DNA of 64,000 nt from Chiloscyllium plagiosum (lineage: Eukaryota). The stretch is taken from assembly GCF_004010195.1 (NCBI RefSeq), contig NC_057758.1:6396842-6460841 (forward strand), in the 5' to 3' direction. The position numbers and the translations under genes are program-made. How positions within the stretch are numbered: position 1 is the stretch's first letter; the number at the start of each line of letters is the position of its first letter. Below the pieces are notes generated by a model. The model did not search any database and had not been told where the DNA came from. It was given only the letters and a program-made list of their open reading frames with translations. Of this stretch, positions 1-13,600 are shown in pieces.

Positions 1-357
1 AAATTTCAACTTTCGTTTGTCTTCAAGGAATGGGAAGAGAATCGTTTTCACCCGCCATATTAGGAAATATAAAGACGTGATCTGTGACTGCTCTCGAGTG
101 ATGAATTGTGTGGGATTGCTTTGGATACATCTATCCTTCTGGATTTATGTCTGTGGATTTAGGGAAGGGGGGTATCTTGTGTTTTATGTCACATTTCTGT
201 CAGTGGTTCCGAACTTCCCATTTCTTATTTCAGCTTCAATTATTTGAATAATTCTCTGAATACAAAAACACATTTCAGAGTCTCAGTCTGTCTTCAATGA
301 AACTGGTCGGTTTGCTTTCTGGCTGATGTATAACTTGTTTATTTTCCTTGCCCACAG

Positions 358-1265
358 TCAATGTAGTGACGGTCTACGTCCTGCTTTATAAAGATTGTGG
401 ATTGTCTCCATGTGTCAGACGTTACCTGGGGGCCATGGCAATGGCGGACCTACTGGTCATTATCCTCGATCTGATATTGAGACACATTCCAATTGTTTAC
501 CGGGAACAGTTTCATTTCCTGTTCTCCATCCCCGTGTGTAATATCCACGCTGTCCTGCTTTATGCAGCCACTGACTGTTCTGTCTGGTTCACCGTCGCTT
601 TTACCTTTGATAGATTTGTGGCCATTTGTTGCCAGAAACTGAAAAGAAAATACTGCATTGAGAAAATGGTGGCTGGTGTTCTGGGAACAGTGACTGTACT
701 GAGCTGTTTAAAGAACATTTTCTGGTATTTTATGCTCACAGGTCGGTATCGACTGAGGGACTATCCATGGTTTTGTGATGAAATATACTATGTTGGATTC
801 TCTCACGTGTGGGTCACAATCGAGTTCCTCCACAACATTTTAACCCCTGGTCTCCCATTTCTCCTGATTCTGATGCTCAATGTGTTCACAGTCAGACACA
901 TTTTAGTGACCAGCAGAACCCGTCGGAAACTCCGGGCTCACAGCAATGGGCACGGTCAGTGCGACACAGAAATGCAAAATCGAAAAAAATCCATTACTTT
1001 ACTGTTTGTGATCTCGGCCAATTTTATCCTGTTGTGGTCAACGTTAATGGTCTATTCTATTTGGCACCGAATGTCGAATATTAGGTATAGTTCTATGTAT
1101 TTAGATTGGTATGTGTTGAAATTGGGATACATGCTGCAGCTCCTCAGTTGCTGCACAAACACTGTGATTTATTCTGTGACCCAGACTAAGTTCAGACAGC
1201 AGCTGAAGCATGTCCTGAAATATCCTTTTACCCAAGTTCATGAAACAATCAAATCCAACCGTTAA
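358..1265 (+). CDS. GPR139-like: GPR139/GPR142-like class A GPCR, large coding exon (TM1 C-half to C-terminus); first coding exon lies upstream of the window
   Basis: Polypyrimidine tract and acceptor TTTATTTTCCTTGCCCACAG ending at 357, phase 1 into (V)NVVTVYVL. Uninterrupted frame to TAA at 1265. 7TM motifs: AMAMADLL (TM2), PVCN..FTFDRF (TM3, DRY variant), ECL2 Cys (PWFC), LPF (TM5), FILLW (TM6), LLSCCTNTVIY (TM7), helix 8 FRQQL. Family call is by recalled similarity; a paralogue, not necessarily the orthologue. Confidence 0.9.
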
Positions 1266-2581
1266 TCAATCCATTCGGAATTTTATCATTTCAATTCAGT
1301 GTTTCAGCGATGAATCACCCTGTCGCCATGGTAAGAGACTTAGGGTAGCGCTAATTTCTCTAACCTTATCCCACAGGAGGTTACAGGGACACAATTCATT
1401 GTTTCTCTCAACTGAGGAGCCAGTAAGAAAAGTCACCATTCCACTGACTGTGTTAATCACTTAATTTCTAAATACAAAAGTGCTCATTAAAAAGTGCCAA
1501 GAAGTAGAATGCATTAAATTGTGGTTTGTCTTCGTATTGAAGAAGCTGAGCTACAGAGGCAGATTCAGCCCAAATCCTGATCCTCAGGGAAGAGGAAAGG
1601 TGGAAACAGGGCCCGAGTTCAGAAGTTGGGTTTCAGGTATTCTGTCCTTCCTTTCACCTCTGGGATACCCACTCTGACCTAGCCTCAGCAATTTTCATTT
1701 CTCTCCCTTTGCCTGTCTTGCTCCATATCTACCTCCCAGTCTCACAATAACTGTTGCTCTCCTGCTCCCATTTTTGTCTCCTTCTGCTTATTTCTTTGGC
1801 AAAATTGATCGGAAAAAAAGCTGTCTGTGTCTCCAAAGACATTGTCTGCAGAAGGATACAACTGTGCAACGTCGGGGATTCACAGGGCTTGATGCATTAA
1901 CTCCTTCACCAAGAAAATCTGCCGCTTGTGTAGTAACGTTGGCATGTCAGCAGAGTGCTGCATTTTAACATTTGTACCGAAAGAAGGATAGAGAAACTCT
2001 CCGCACTGATCCATAATTTTTTAAATTCATCCATTCATTCAAACTTCCTTCCAGCAGGTCCCGTTGCATTTAGGTTTAGACCAGAGATGTACTGATATGC
2101 AAACACACAGAAATATACACAAGTAAAAACACACTGACACACTCAAACAGTCACTATGTTAAATAACTGAAAATGACCTGAGTTTTACTGTCTTTAGTAC
2201 AGTTTGTGTCACTCGAATAACTCTCAAATTTTCCAGATGAAATGTCGATGGGAATGTGGGACACAGTTGCGATGCTTCTTGCTCGGGAAGGATGTGAATG
2301 CGTTTAATAAGCTCATGATTATTTGTGGAATGAACAAACATCCACTCGGACAACAGGTCCATGTCATCCATTGATGTCAACCCGTGAAATGGATTGCGGT
2401 TCACCGTCAGAAACACATTAAAAGTAAACTCATTGACTTTACTGCACGTAGACCCATATCTTGAGTTAGTCTATGTCAACTTACTGTGTTCCAAATTATT
2501 GTGGGATAAATCTGTCTCCTGGATACAGAAGAACCTGTTCCCATACCTTATTGCATTGTACATGGTTTGGAACTGCAGCTT

Positions 2582-2606
2582 TGTGTGTGTGTGTGTGTGT
2601 GTGTGT
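2582..2606. repeat. (TG)n microsatellite
   Basis: About 12 perfect TG units. Confidence 0.95.
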
Positions 2607-3099
2607 ACCAACCCTTTTCATTGCCTCCCAGTTTCTCCCCTCTTTACTCCCCCAAAGGTGGTCCTCACTTTTACCTGTTCACAGTATTGCACCCCAAATC
2701 AAACCTTGTGCCCCCAAAACAATGCTCCCCTTCAAATATTACATTCCCCACGCACACAGACGTTGCCCCCACCTGCCAAATATTTTTCTATGAAATATCG
2801 CGTTTCACAGTTCGGTTTCCTCCCAAATATTGGTCCAAATGCATGCCCTCGGTCCCAATTTTGCAAGCTACTCACTTTGTGATTGCTCAAATATTGCTCA
2901 TTGTAAACGCTTGCACCCCCTTCAAATATTTCCTACCCTGAGTTTCACTTCAGAATTTTTGCCCCTCACAAAATATTTGAGCCTTTCAGATTCTAGTGGC
3001 CCCATAACATTTTCATTCTCCCCTATACCGTATATAAATGCCTTGTTGTCTCCCTCCGTGTATTTTCCTGCCCTTCGCTAAGTCCATACCCCAAAATCA

Positions 3100-3810
3100 G
3101 AGGGCTGCAGGACACAGGGTGTATAGCCCATGAGCCAGAGATTCACCGACCTTTCACTGACTGCCTAACGTCACGCAAGGAGAGCAGACAGGCCGTTGTG
3201 TGATCGAAAACGAAACTCAAGATGTCTAAGATCTGCTGCAGGACCTTTAGAAGGGGGAAGGATGAGCAGCAGGCTGTCGTGGTGCATAGTAGCATCAATG
3301 CTGTCGGTACAAAATCGGTATGAGTCCTACAAGCAGAAATAAGGGAGTTACAAAACGAGTTAAAAAGTAGGACCTCACAGATAGTAATGTCAGGGTTGCT
3401 ACCAGTGCCACGTGCTAGTCAGAGCAGAAGTGAAAGATTGGCAGGATGAACGAGTGATTTGATAGATGGTGCAGCAGGGAGGGGTTAAGATTTTTGGGAC
3501 ATTGGGACCAGTTCAGGGGGAGGTGGGTCTACTAAAAATTGGACAATCTCCTCTTGAACAGAAGTGGAACCAGTGTCCTTGGGGTGCTGTTTGGAACGCT
3601 GTTGGGAGTGTTTCAGCTAATGTGGCAGGGCTGTTGGAACCAAATGAGGATGTTAGTGGACAGGAAGGATGTACTAACTAAAGCCTATACCAAACTAAAT
3701 AGTGATCTCAGCGTGACTGAGGGGAAGAGTAGGCAGAGAGCAGATGTTGATCTCAAAGGGACAGGTGGAATCAGCTGCATTTGTTTTAATGTGAGAAGTG
3801 TCGTAGACTC
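3100..3810 (+). mobile_element. CR1 LINE ORF1 (SGNH/GDSL esterase-like) fragment, decayed
   Basis: Fragmentary translation AVVVHSSINAV..LKSRTSQIVMSGLLPVPRAS..WCSREGLRFLGHWDQF..LLLNRSGT, typical of CR1 ORF1; stops and frameshifts. Confidence 0.8.
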
Positions 3811-4409
3811 TCCAGCTATCCCATCTATATAACATCCAGAACCAAAGAATCCGATATAAGCAAATGTCTATATTCACGACAGACTTCCATACTTCCGTTA
3901 GCTCCTCTATACAACTCCCTTATTTTTGTAAATTGCACCATTCCATAGAATATTCCCTGTCTGTGTAAACCATCTCGGTCCTACCCTGAGAAGCCTTATG
4001 GCCCCTTTTTTCAATCCCTTCAGATCTCTCTGTATCTTCCTTGAATCCACAGACAGCAGTTTGTTTCATGTTATAACTCTTCTCGCTCACATGTTCCTAC
4101 CCGTCTCTGTGATATTGCTCAATTTCTGCAAATCTCGTTTGCTATCACCACACATTCCAATCCACCTGGTCGATGTTAGTTTATTGATCCGTTGTAGCAT
4201 TTTCGCATCTGGAGATGTCTCCAACTCGTAAATGCACTCTGCCCTTGTAACCTCCTCAAATAGTGCAGTGTTTGTGATAAAACACTCTTAATTTCTGTAA
4301 CCGCCTCCAGAGTAGCACTTCACATCTCTGTGTACTTGATGAGAATGCTGCAAACCTGCCTTCACAACTTTCACTAACTCTTTGAGATCCATGGACTGGA
4401 GTAGCTGGT

Positions 4410-4615
4410 GTCGGACTGGGGTGGATAAAGTTAAAAAGCAGACAACATTAGGTGGTAATGCAACAGATTTATTTGTAAGCAATAGATTACAGCGTAATGC
4501 TCCTGCCTCAGGTAGTTGTGACTGAACTAGCTGGTGGAGGAGCAGCACTCCGAAAGCTAGTGCTTCCAAATAAATTAGTTGGACAATAACCTGGTATCGT
4601 GTGAATTTTATCTTA
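4410..4615. mobile_element. Palindromic Penelope-derived miniature element, decayed
   Basis: Imperfect inverted arms around a central spacer. The right arm has CTGGTGG-A-GGAG CAGCA CTCC-GAAAGCTA, a degenerate hammerhead-like core. Confidence 0.6.
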
Positions 4616-5039
4616 AAGCTCATGCAGCCATACAATTCTCATCATGTTTGTTTCCTTCAATCCCGACACTTCTCCCTGTATCTGTGCACTGATCCAGTCC
4701 CTTCGAACCTACCTATTTCAGTAAACACCTGCACTTCCATCTACCACCCCAACGGTGTAATCTCCAGCCTCTATCATCCTCTTTTTCGCTGTAATTTTTA
4801 TTCCGAGAACTTATCTGTTCTCTAACCACCATCACTGCTCTCAGACCAGCCGAACTCTATAGCATCCTCCAGTCTCTACAACCCTGGTTTTCTCTGCAGG
4901 CTTCTCTCGTTTCTGCATTCCCCATTCTCACCGATTATAGATCCTTATTCAGGGGAACCAATATCTCAGTACTGACCTGCAAAAACACCGACAAATCATC
5001 AGTGTATCAATAAATTTGCCTCTGTGTCTAAGTTCTCCT

Positions 5040-5950
5040 TAGTTCAATTTCAATCTTATCCACCTCTTCTCATTGTGCGGATCAGTCTGTTGAATCTTCT
5101 CTAGACTGCCTCCAATGCAAGAACATTTCCCCTCTAGATAGAGGACCAAACCTCTTCACGGTATTCTTAGGGTGGGCTGGCTGGAGCCCTCTCTTATTGT
5201 TGCAAGGCTTCGCTATTGTTATTCTCCATTATCTTTGAAATCAATTCCAGGATTCCCTTTAACTTCTTTCTGACCTGCTGACCCTATATGCTATCTTTCT
5301 GAGATTTATACACAAGGATTTACAAGTTACTCTGCGGTGTAACTTTCTGAAGTCGATCTGAAACCACGAGGCGACATGAATAACAACCAAAGTGTTGGAA
5401 TGCTTGACAAACGATGTTATACAAATGATAACTGCACACTTCGAAACTAATGTAGTCAACACAGTCCGTAAGATCTTCAAATAATGGAGCAGAATTATTC
5501 TATTACGAGCACCGTGTCTGCTTCACCACTTGATTATGGCTGAGTTGTTTCCAAACCCCGTTCTTTCACTTATCCCCTGTAACCATAGTCCCCTGACTCA
5601 TCAAGAGTCTGTTTATCGCTGAGTTAAATACATTGATTTATTTCGCCTCCATAGCCGCCGAAGGCAGTGAGTTCCACAGATTCATCACTCTCTGGCTGAA
5701 TAAATTCCTCTACATCTCCATATTAAATGGTTCTCTCTTCGCTCTGAAATTGTGCCCTTAAGGCCCTAGTGTTTCCTGATAGTGGTAACAGCTTCACCAA
5801 ATTCACTCTCGTCAGGCCCCTCAGTATTATGTCAGGTTGAATGAGGTTTTGCCGCCGTCTCCTAAACTTCAACGAGTACAGAGCCAGAGTCTTCTACTGC
5901 TCCTCACGTGAGAGGCATTTCACCCCGGGATCTTTCTTGGAACCCGGTTT
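5040..5950 (-). mobile_element. CR1 LINE 3-prime fragments
   Basis: Antisense CR1 RT/3-prime UTR signatures (GAGTTCCACAGATTCATCACTCTCTGGCTGAA...). Confidence 0.65.
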
Positions 5951-8939
5951 CCCGTTTCCCTTCACAACCTTTGTCCAGTCTGTTAACATATAGCGTGTAC
6001 AGTGTCATCCCAGCATTGACCTCTGTGGAGCTCCAACTGTCATTGGCTGACTCCTTTATACCCACTCGTTGTCTTCTGTAGGTGAAATTTCATTTTACAA
6101 ACCCTTTGGATTTTTCTTAACCGTCTGTGGACAGTACACGATAAAAAAGAGAGGAATGGCCCTTTGGGATTTTCAGAAACTTTTCAACAAGATCCCACTA
6201 AATAAGCAAAAATGGGACATGTGTGATTGGAGGGATCATGCTGGCATGGATTGAGAATTCCTTCAGAGCCAGAAAACTAACAGGGAACGGATTAGTGTTT
6301 GATCCCTAACTATTCTCAAATTGATTTGGTGGGTGGACAAAATCTAATGTACCACATTTGTCGGTGATACATAATTACATGGGGGTGCGATTTGGATCGA
6401 GAAATCAAAGGGGACAGGACCAGCCCGTGAGTTTCCTTTTTTTCTAATATTCATTGATGGGATGTGGCCATCTCCAGCTCGGCCATAATTTCTTTTCCAT
6501 CTCTATTCAAGTGGAGGTGGTGGTGTTGAGCTGCGTTTCTGGACCACTGCAGTCCTCTGGTGTCGGGAGACACACATTGCGGGGAGAATGGAGTGTAGCT
6601 TTGAGAGGACCTTGGAAATGCTGGTGTTCCCGCGCACTTCTAACTCCTGTCCTTCCAAGTTATAGTTGTTCCGAGTTTGTGAAGAGCTGTTGAAAGGGCC
6701 TTCCTGAGTGAACTTAGCGCTGCTCATCGATCCTTTTCTTCTACTTATTAATTCATTCATCCACTCATTAATTCATTCACTCATTCGTGGACATGGCAAT
6801 TGCTGGCTCGGTCAGCGTTTATTGTTGATTTTGAGTTGTCCCTGAGAAATTGGTATTGAGCTCCCTTCTTGAGCCATTGCACCAGCTGTTTGAACTGTTG
6901 TTATCTGTGTACCCTCCAGCAGGCGTAACAACACTCCTCACGTCTGTAACTGCATACAGGCAATTCAGTTCTCCCTTTATATGTGACAGCCTCTCCACCT
7001 GCAACTCTTATCGTTCCTCACAAAATCTTACCTCCCCTATTCCCTTCTGTGCTATTGATTTCACAAATTATTTCTTATTTGTGTTTCAACTTCTGAACAG
7101 CCATAACTTCTTCCTTTCTAAATTTGTAACCCTCAGTGTCTGTAACCCTCCATTTTACTTTAAACAATAACAGTAGAAGTTCCCCTCCTCAAATCTCTAT
7201 TAATTACAGTGGCTGGATTTGGTAAATTGCCACTTTTCCCCCCTCCTTATACATCTCAGCTCATCCAGCCACTTCAATTCCACGATTTTGATGCTCTCTT
7301 CATGCTCTGACCAATGTACCCATTCACTCTAACTCCTCATATCCTGAGGGCCCTTGAACAACATCAATGCTCCAAATATCTATATATACCACAAGATATT
7401 GCAAGTCTTGTCACTAACATCCAACAATCTCCAGAACCAGCAACACTCCATGGCTGTAACTTTACATTTGCTGATGTCTGCATTTCTCTGTAAGCAGCTC
7501 ACAAGAAGATTTTAGACTCTGCAAAGCTCTGTCACCAACAAGCCACCAAGTCTCTATTTATTTTGTGTTCATCAGTGCCTGCAAGTTTCCCTGTGTCATT
7601 ATGTAACCTGCTTTACGCACTACAAGTCTGCCTACCTCTCCAGATAACCATTTCCATCCCGTAATACCTATTTAATCATTGTAACTACCTCTGTCCACAG
7701 CATTCCTCCTCTTTTGCATTGTCTTCCAGGTACAACGGTGATCCTGTGAGGAAGCAGGTGGGAATGAGCCATTATAAATTTCAGCTGAGGCTTGCGGCCG
7801 ACAATTAATGGGAGTCATAAAAAAACAGAGAAGCTGAGAACGAGAAGCACAGAGGGAGAGAATATAAATCAGAAGCGAGTATGAAGGCCGACTGGGATTT
7901 GGAGTTGGAGAAGCAGCAGAGCAGGAGGTCTCATTCAGTACCGAATCACAGAGCGAGTGAAAATGTGAGGGAGCAACGTGGGGCAGGACCTTGAAGCTAA
8001 TTGACGAATAGTAGTTATAGAGGCAGCAAGTTGGGAGGATATTAATCAGTAATGAGGATCGGATCCCAATCGTACTTGGGAGTCACAGAGACGGTGACGC
8101 TGCGAGGAAGCAGAGTGATGAGGGAGCTGGTGGATTATACGCACCTGGGAGTCACAGAGACACCTTTCTTCTGCTTTGAGCTGGCCGCACTGAGATTGAA
8201 AGTTGGGCAAAGAGGCGTCACAGAAAAAAGCTGAAAGTTCAGAAGCTGATAATACACCATCATTTACAAATGCCTGTAGATTGCTATAAATTAGCAAATA
8301 TATTTTTTTCAAATTCGGAAAGAAGGGTTGAGCTCAGAAACAAGTGGATGAACAAAAGTCAGAGCCAAAATGGTAACAGGTGACCGAGCGGAGATTGATT
8401 TCCCTGTGGAGTATTTGGGAGGGATTGAAACTATCTTAGCGTGCAAATGGGATTCTAAAAAAGAAAGTAGATGACACTAACAGGATACAACCAATACCTG
8501 GAGATGCAGCTGGTACTAATTTATAAAAACAGGTTTAACAGTGGCAGATGAGGTACGAAATAAGGTCTACATCTTAGGTGCATGAATACGCTAAGTTTTG
8601 AGAGTTACAGATGCAGAGTGTTGAGTGGAAATCTGATGTACTAATAATTGAGAGCTGGCTCAAGGATCGGCAGCACTTGGTGTTTAATATTGTTGGGTAT
8701 AAAGTGTTCTGAAACGATAGAAAGAAAGGGAAATGACGATGGGTAGCAGTATTGGTTTAGATTAGCGTCAGTTAAGGAGTCCAAGCACTGAATGAATTTG
8801 GCTGGAGTTACAGAACCATAAGTGAACAGTTGTACTGTGAGGTACAGAGCGTAGGTCACCAACCATTGAAAAAGATGGAGAAAAGAAACATGCAGGGACA
8901 TTTGAGAATGATGACAATCCTACAGAGTAGTTATGCTCA

Positions 8940-9478
8940 GAAACATAAGTGATCCAGATCTACACTTGGATGCTTGTGGTACAGTGTCATGAGAGGCGAG
9001 TGTTCGTGGATTGCATGAAGGAGTACTCACTGAAGGAGTATATGCCCAGACGAAGAGAGCATGTACTATTGGACCTGGTCATTGGGAAAGAGGTGGTTCA
9101 AGTGGATTCAGTGTCAGTCGGAGAACGTTTTCGTGTACAGCAATCATTTTATTCTAAAGTTCAGGATGATGGTCGACAATAATAACCAATAATTGAGAGT
9201 AGGAAACATTATTTGACTGATAGCGGCCTTCAATGAGACAAGTATGGAGATGGGAAAATTTGACGAGAACACCGAGTTGGTCAGATAAAGAAAAAACTGA
9301 GCAATGGGCTTCATTCAAAGAGTAGGTGGTTTGGTTTCAGTCGAGGATTGGTCCCTCAAATAGGAAAGGCAGGATAACCAAACCCAACATTTCCAGGATG
9401 AAGAAGAACAACCATAGAATCGGTGTCAGATAGAGAATAAAATTGGGAACCAAGAGGAATAGAGAGAAGATATATGGG
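8940..9478 (+). mobile_element. CR1 LINE ORF2 endonuclease/linker fragment
   Basis: ..PRRREHVLLDLVIGKE..VSVGE.. matches the CR1 APE-endonuclease C-terminal motif (PTRxxxxLDLV). Confidence 0.7.
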
Positions 9479-9492
9479 TAAACTGAAAGCCA

Positions 9493-9680
9493 GGAGAAAG
9501 TGAGGACTGCAGATGCTGGAGAACAGATTTGAAAATGTCGTGCTGGAATCGACGTTTCCGGCATAAGCCCTTCTTAAGGAATGAGATTTCTGAAGAAGGG
9601 CTTATGCGCGAAACGTCGATTCTCCTGCTCCTCGGATGCTGTCTGGCCTGCTGCGTTTTTCCAGCACCACATTTTTCAAC
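9493..9680. mobile_element. Penelope-derived fold-back miniature element with hammerhead-like cores and 14-bp TSD
   Basis: Inverted arms AATCGACGTTTCCGGCATAAGCCCTTCTT / AAGAAGGGCTTATGCGCGAAACGTCGATT. Flanked by TAAACTGAAAGCCA (9479-9492) and TAAACGGAAAGCCA (9681-9694). Its right arm matches the 3-prime end of the Penelope copy at 21860-21945. Confidence 0.8.
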
Positions 9681-10099
9681 TAAACGGAAAGCCAACACAG
9701 GGCTGCCCCACCCAATACTGAGCGTGCAAGAAGATGGAGTCAGGCTAGGTCGAAAATGGAAACAGGATTCATAACTAGAAATCGTTATCTGCGAGTAGCT
9801 CAGATACACTTGGATATTTTATAGATGTATGTTCAATAGAAACACTCTAGAGAGGATTAGATGATTATTGATGCAAAAACAAATATGTAAGGATATGGGG
9901 TCATAGGAAATCATTACTGAGAAATGAGTTCTTTTGACGAGCTGGTGTAAACAAGATGGGCCAAATGACATCCTTCTGTGCCACTGTGTAGTTCATATGA
10001 TGTCATGAGAGTCTTCCAAATCCAATAATGTCCTGTCTCTTGAAACTCATCGATATGTATGATGCATTCTAATCTCGGCAAACGACATCAGCAAGTGCG

Positions 10100-10600
10100 T
10101 TGCTCTTTATCTCTGTAACTCATCCAAGCCATATAAATTTTCTTCCTCTGGGAAACCCTTACAAATCCTATTATCCTCACTGTCTACAAAATATTCCCTA
10201 AGTATTTATAGCTCTCCCCTTCTCTGCAACTACTCTGATCTATCGAAACCTAAGCTTTGCAATTTCCTCCACTCCACAAAACAATCACCTTTACTAACTC
10301 CCTTTTGACCTGACATGCCGCATGTCATCTTAAATACCTCGGGCAAGTGCAGTATTCATTATATCTTCAACTTTCTCCAGCACCTACAACTCTTCCCATC
10401 GGGTTTGTTTGCTGCAATCCCCTCAATTGTCCCTGAAGTGTAATTTAGCACAATGGCCAACCAGCTGTATAACGTCCTCTAGTCCCTGCACCGCTCCCGA
10501 TTCTGTAACCGATGTCTGCCCCTTCACAGCTCATTATCTCTACAACTCCAGATTCTAAATCCATCCTGATCTGTGGAAACACGGCCAGGCCTCTCTCACT
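10100..10600 (+). repeat. CT-rich decayed L2-like 3-prime tail repeats (similar patches at ~3830-4330, 4660-4930, 6930-7700, 11520-11580, 46700-46900)
   Basis: Recurrent ATCTCTGTAACCTCCTCCAG-like motifs; the family assignment is from memory and tentative. Confidence 0.4.
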
Positions 10601-13600
10601 CTCAGTAATGTTTACCAAATGTTAAAACTGAAATAACTCCACGGAGGTCGGTATCTCCTTTCCAAATCACCTTCAGGCATAGTACACGGCACTGACCCAA
10701 GCTCATTCAGAGCCTGCTCCAATATTGAACAGAACCCCTGACGCTCCTGTTTATTTCTGTCAACCCTGATTCCCACATTACCACGTTAGCAGTGTCATCA
10801 GGAAATACATGTTAATGAGGTTAACCTGACGGAATTCATTCCAATCAATACAGAGCCACTCCAAGTATTAATAAAATTCATTACTACTTACCACTCTCCT
10901 CGTCACTGAAATTTCCTCCAGGTTCTTCAGCCCTCTCTGTCAAATCATTTTCAGTAGTATATCCTCTTGCCAATCTTCTGCAGGGATAACAGAAGCTTTT
11001 ATCTTTCTCTGTTTTCTGCAAACTCTCGATCTCATCCTCCTCCACCCAGAACTCTCTTAGTAATCTCTAACTGCTTCCAAAAAATCGATCCGCCTTATGT
11101 CTGTGGTCTTCCACGCAAGGAGGAAGGGGTTATCGAAGCAGTGAGCTTCATAGTGCATGGAGAAATTTACCGAAGTCAGGATTTTTTGTGGAAACTGTAG
11201 ATTTATAATTGTTGGAAAGGTTATGGAACACGAAGGATGATACAGAAACTGGTAGTTTGTAGGCACAGTGGAAGAATGTTTATTTCAGTTGCAGACAGAC
11301 ACAGGGAACTAAATCATGAGCTACATTGTCCAGGAATCATTTTCATCATTATTCATGCAGCCTTTTTTCTCTCCTGGTCATTTGTGTCCAGATATTGATA
11401 TGGCTAGTCTAGCTCCATTTTCACTTCAATCAAAAACAAAAGCTATTTATGTCTTCGCAATCCCGTTCAGCCCCTAGAACAGAGCATATCCCGGCAATAT
11501 GCCCCAGCATTCATACACCTTCCTATCTATGTAACCTCTTCTGCGATCTCCAGCCATCCTGGTCTCTGGCACTTGCTGCCGTCCCTGAATTCCTTCTTAA
11601 CAGTTCACCGTGTCAAATGAAATGACAGCTTCAAATTGTACGAATCAGGTCAGATATTGATTTCATTCTGGAGATGTGGCTGTCGTGTGACCAAGACAGA
11701 GAACTAAGTATTCAAGGATTTTTACCAATTATAAAGGAAGGATAAGTAGACAAACTCACTGAATTAACATAATGTATAAAGGTTGGGATCAGTATTATAC
11801 TGTCGCTAATCAAATTACTCACTGCTCCTCCCTGCCTTCTCCCCTCATCCCTGCACATTGATCCTATCTGATATTGGTAACCATTGAAAACTTCAGAAAA
11901 TAACGACAGAGATCACTGCGTACACTAGCTGCACTATGTTTTTTTAAAGCCCTTGTTCTGACTACGTGGAGACAATAGGAATTCATGCGCAGATCCAGCC
12001 ACCTTAAAAAATGGGTTTATACTTTCTGCCTCTACTCCAATTCCATGCGTGACTTCCAGATCCCTGCCATACTCTGTGTGAAGTGACAACTTTCGCAATC
12101 ATTTCTCTACTATTTCGAGCAATTATATTAAATATTCGCTGCTGGTAATTAATCTCTCCATCAGGAACAAGATGTTCTCTCCTTCTCGATCCAGGTCCGT
12201 TACAACATGTGCACCCCAATCAAATCACCTCTCAGCATCCTCTGTTCCAATCTTTCCTCTGAACCGCACTTCAACTTTCAAAGGGTAACGGATCTGCTCT
12301 GTCTTCTCTCCATTCCAATTCCATCCTTCCATGTGATGGGGTGACCAGAACTGCACACAGAACACAATCTGTTTCTGAGATCATCACTTCTACAGTTCCG
12401 GCATCGGCTTCCTGCTCTTATGTTCGGCATTTTGCTTGACAGAAGAAATGATGTCATTTGCTGCCTTAACTAAATTATTGATGTGTCCAGCTACCTTCAG
12501 GGACCTGACCATAATTCGCATTTATTGTGTGTTTATCTCTATTGTTGATGTCCCCACATTCCTTGTCTTACACATCTCCGGGTTGTTTGCTCCATTCACC
12601 TGCACCCTACAGACTGTGATCTGTTGTCAAATAAAAGTTAGTCGCATGAAGTTGCAAGTTGCTCATCAATCCATTAGAGTCAGGTTAATTACATGCAAAC
12701 TTCCTTTAACATGTCCAGGCCGACTGTCCCAGAGTCCCTGAGACTTACTCAGTGACCGTTTTTCCTCTGTCTCTGAATTTCAGCCTCGAAACGTTTAGTC
12801 AGCGCCTTGTTCCACATTAAACAAAGCTGCAGTGACAGCCATTCTCTAATCCTCCGCCACGATCCCTGTATCCATTGAGGATTGATTGATAATGGTCAGC
12901 ATAAGGCAGGGGATTTTTCCTCGGTTTCTTTTAACAGCCTGGAATATTGTGTTAGCCCCTGTTAAAGATGTGTCGCTCCTGTATAATGTCCCTCTCCATC
13001 AGTTCATAATTCCCAACATTTTGCACTACACGTATAACACCTCCAAATTGTGTTCCAGACAGGGGCCGAAACCATCTTATGATTTGGTCAATTCTCTTTT
13101 TAATAGAGTTTCATGAGTGTTTCTCTGCACAACTATCTGCCTCAAGAACTACCTTCTCTGCCCGCAAAGTATTCCTCTCATCTCACACTAATCCGATTAT
13201 TATCTTGTGGAACGCATTGTGCAGGAGAGGGACATTATCCTCGTTCAGATGTGGCTGTGGTGACCATAGCACCAGACCCGGCCAGTTTGGTCCGTGGTTG
13301 ACCTCTGGATCTGTGATATGCCAGCCTTTTGTCTGAATGCCCAGCAGTGTAAGAAAGAAGTCAGTGACATTCTCGAACTCCCAGATGAAGTGCCACTATC
13401 CACTTTGTAACCTCGCCCTCACTGTATTTCTGTTACTGAACCCACCTCCCACTAAGCCTCATGTTCTCCCCGTCTCACTGAACGCAGCACCTCCTTTTGG
13501 TCTCTCTGCAACCTCTTTAATCTCCCTCTCCCCAACACTACCTGGTATCTGTGCTGCATACTCCGACACACAGGACACCTCACCACCTTTTCCCACAGAT

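Noticed and set aside
348..357. ORF-track starts at 348 and 22098 as GPCR start codons
   Set aside because: Both are TTG codons within intronic sequence upstream of clear CAG acceptors (357, 22155); the true starts are in upstream exons.
2394..2941. Overlapping 100-160 aa ORFs
   Set aside because: They span a TG microsatellite and C-rich low complexity and show no recognisable protein motif.
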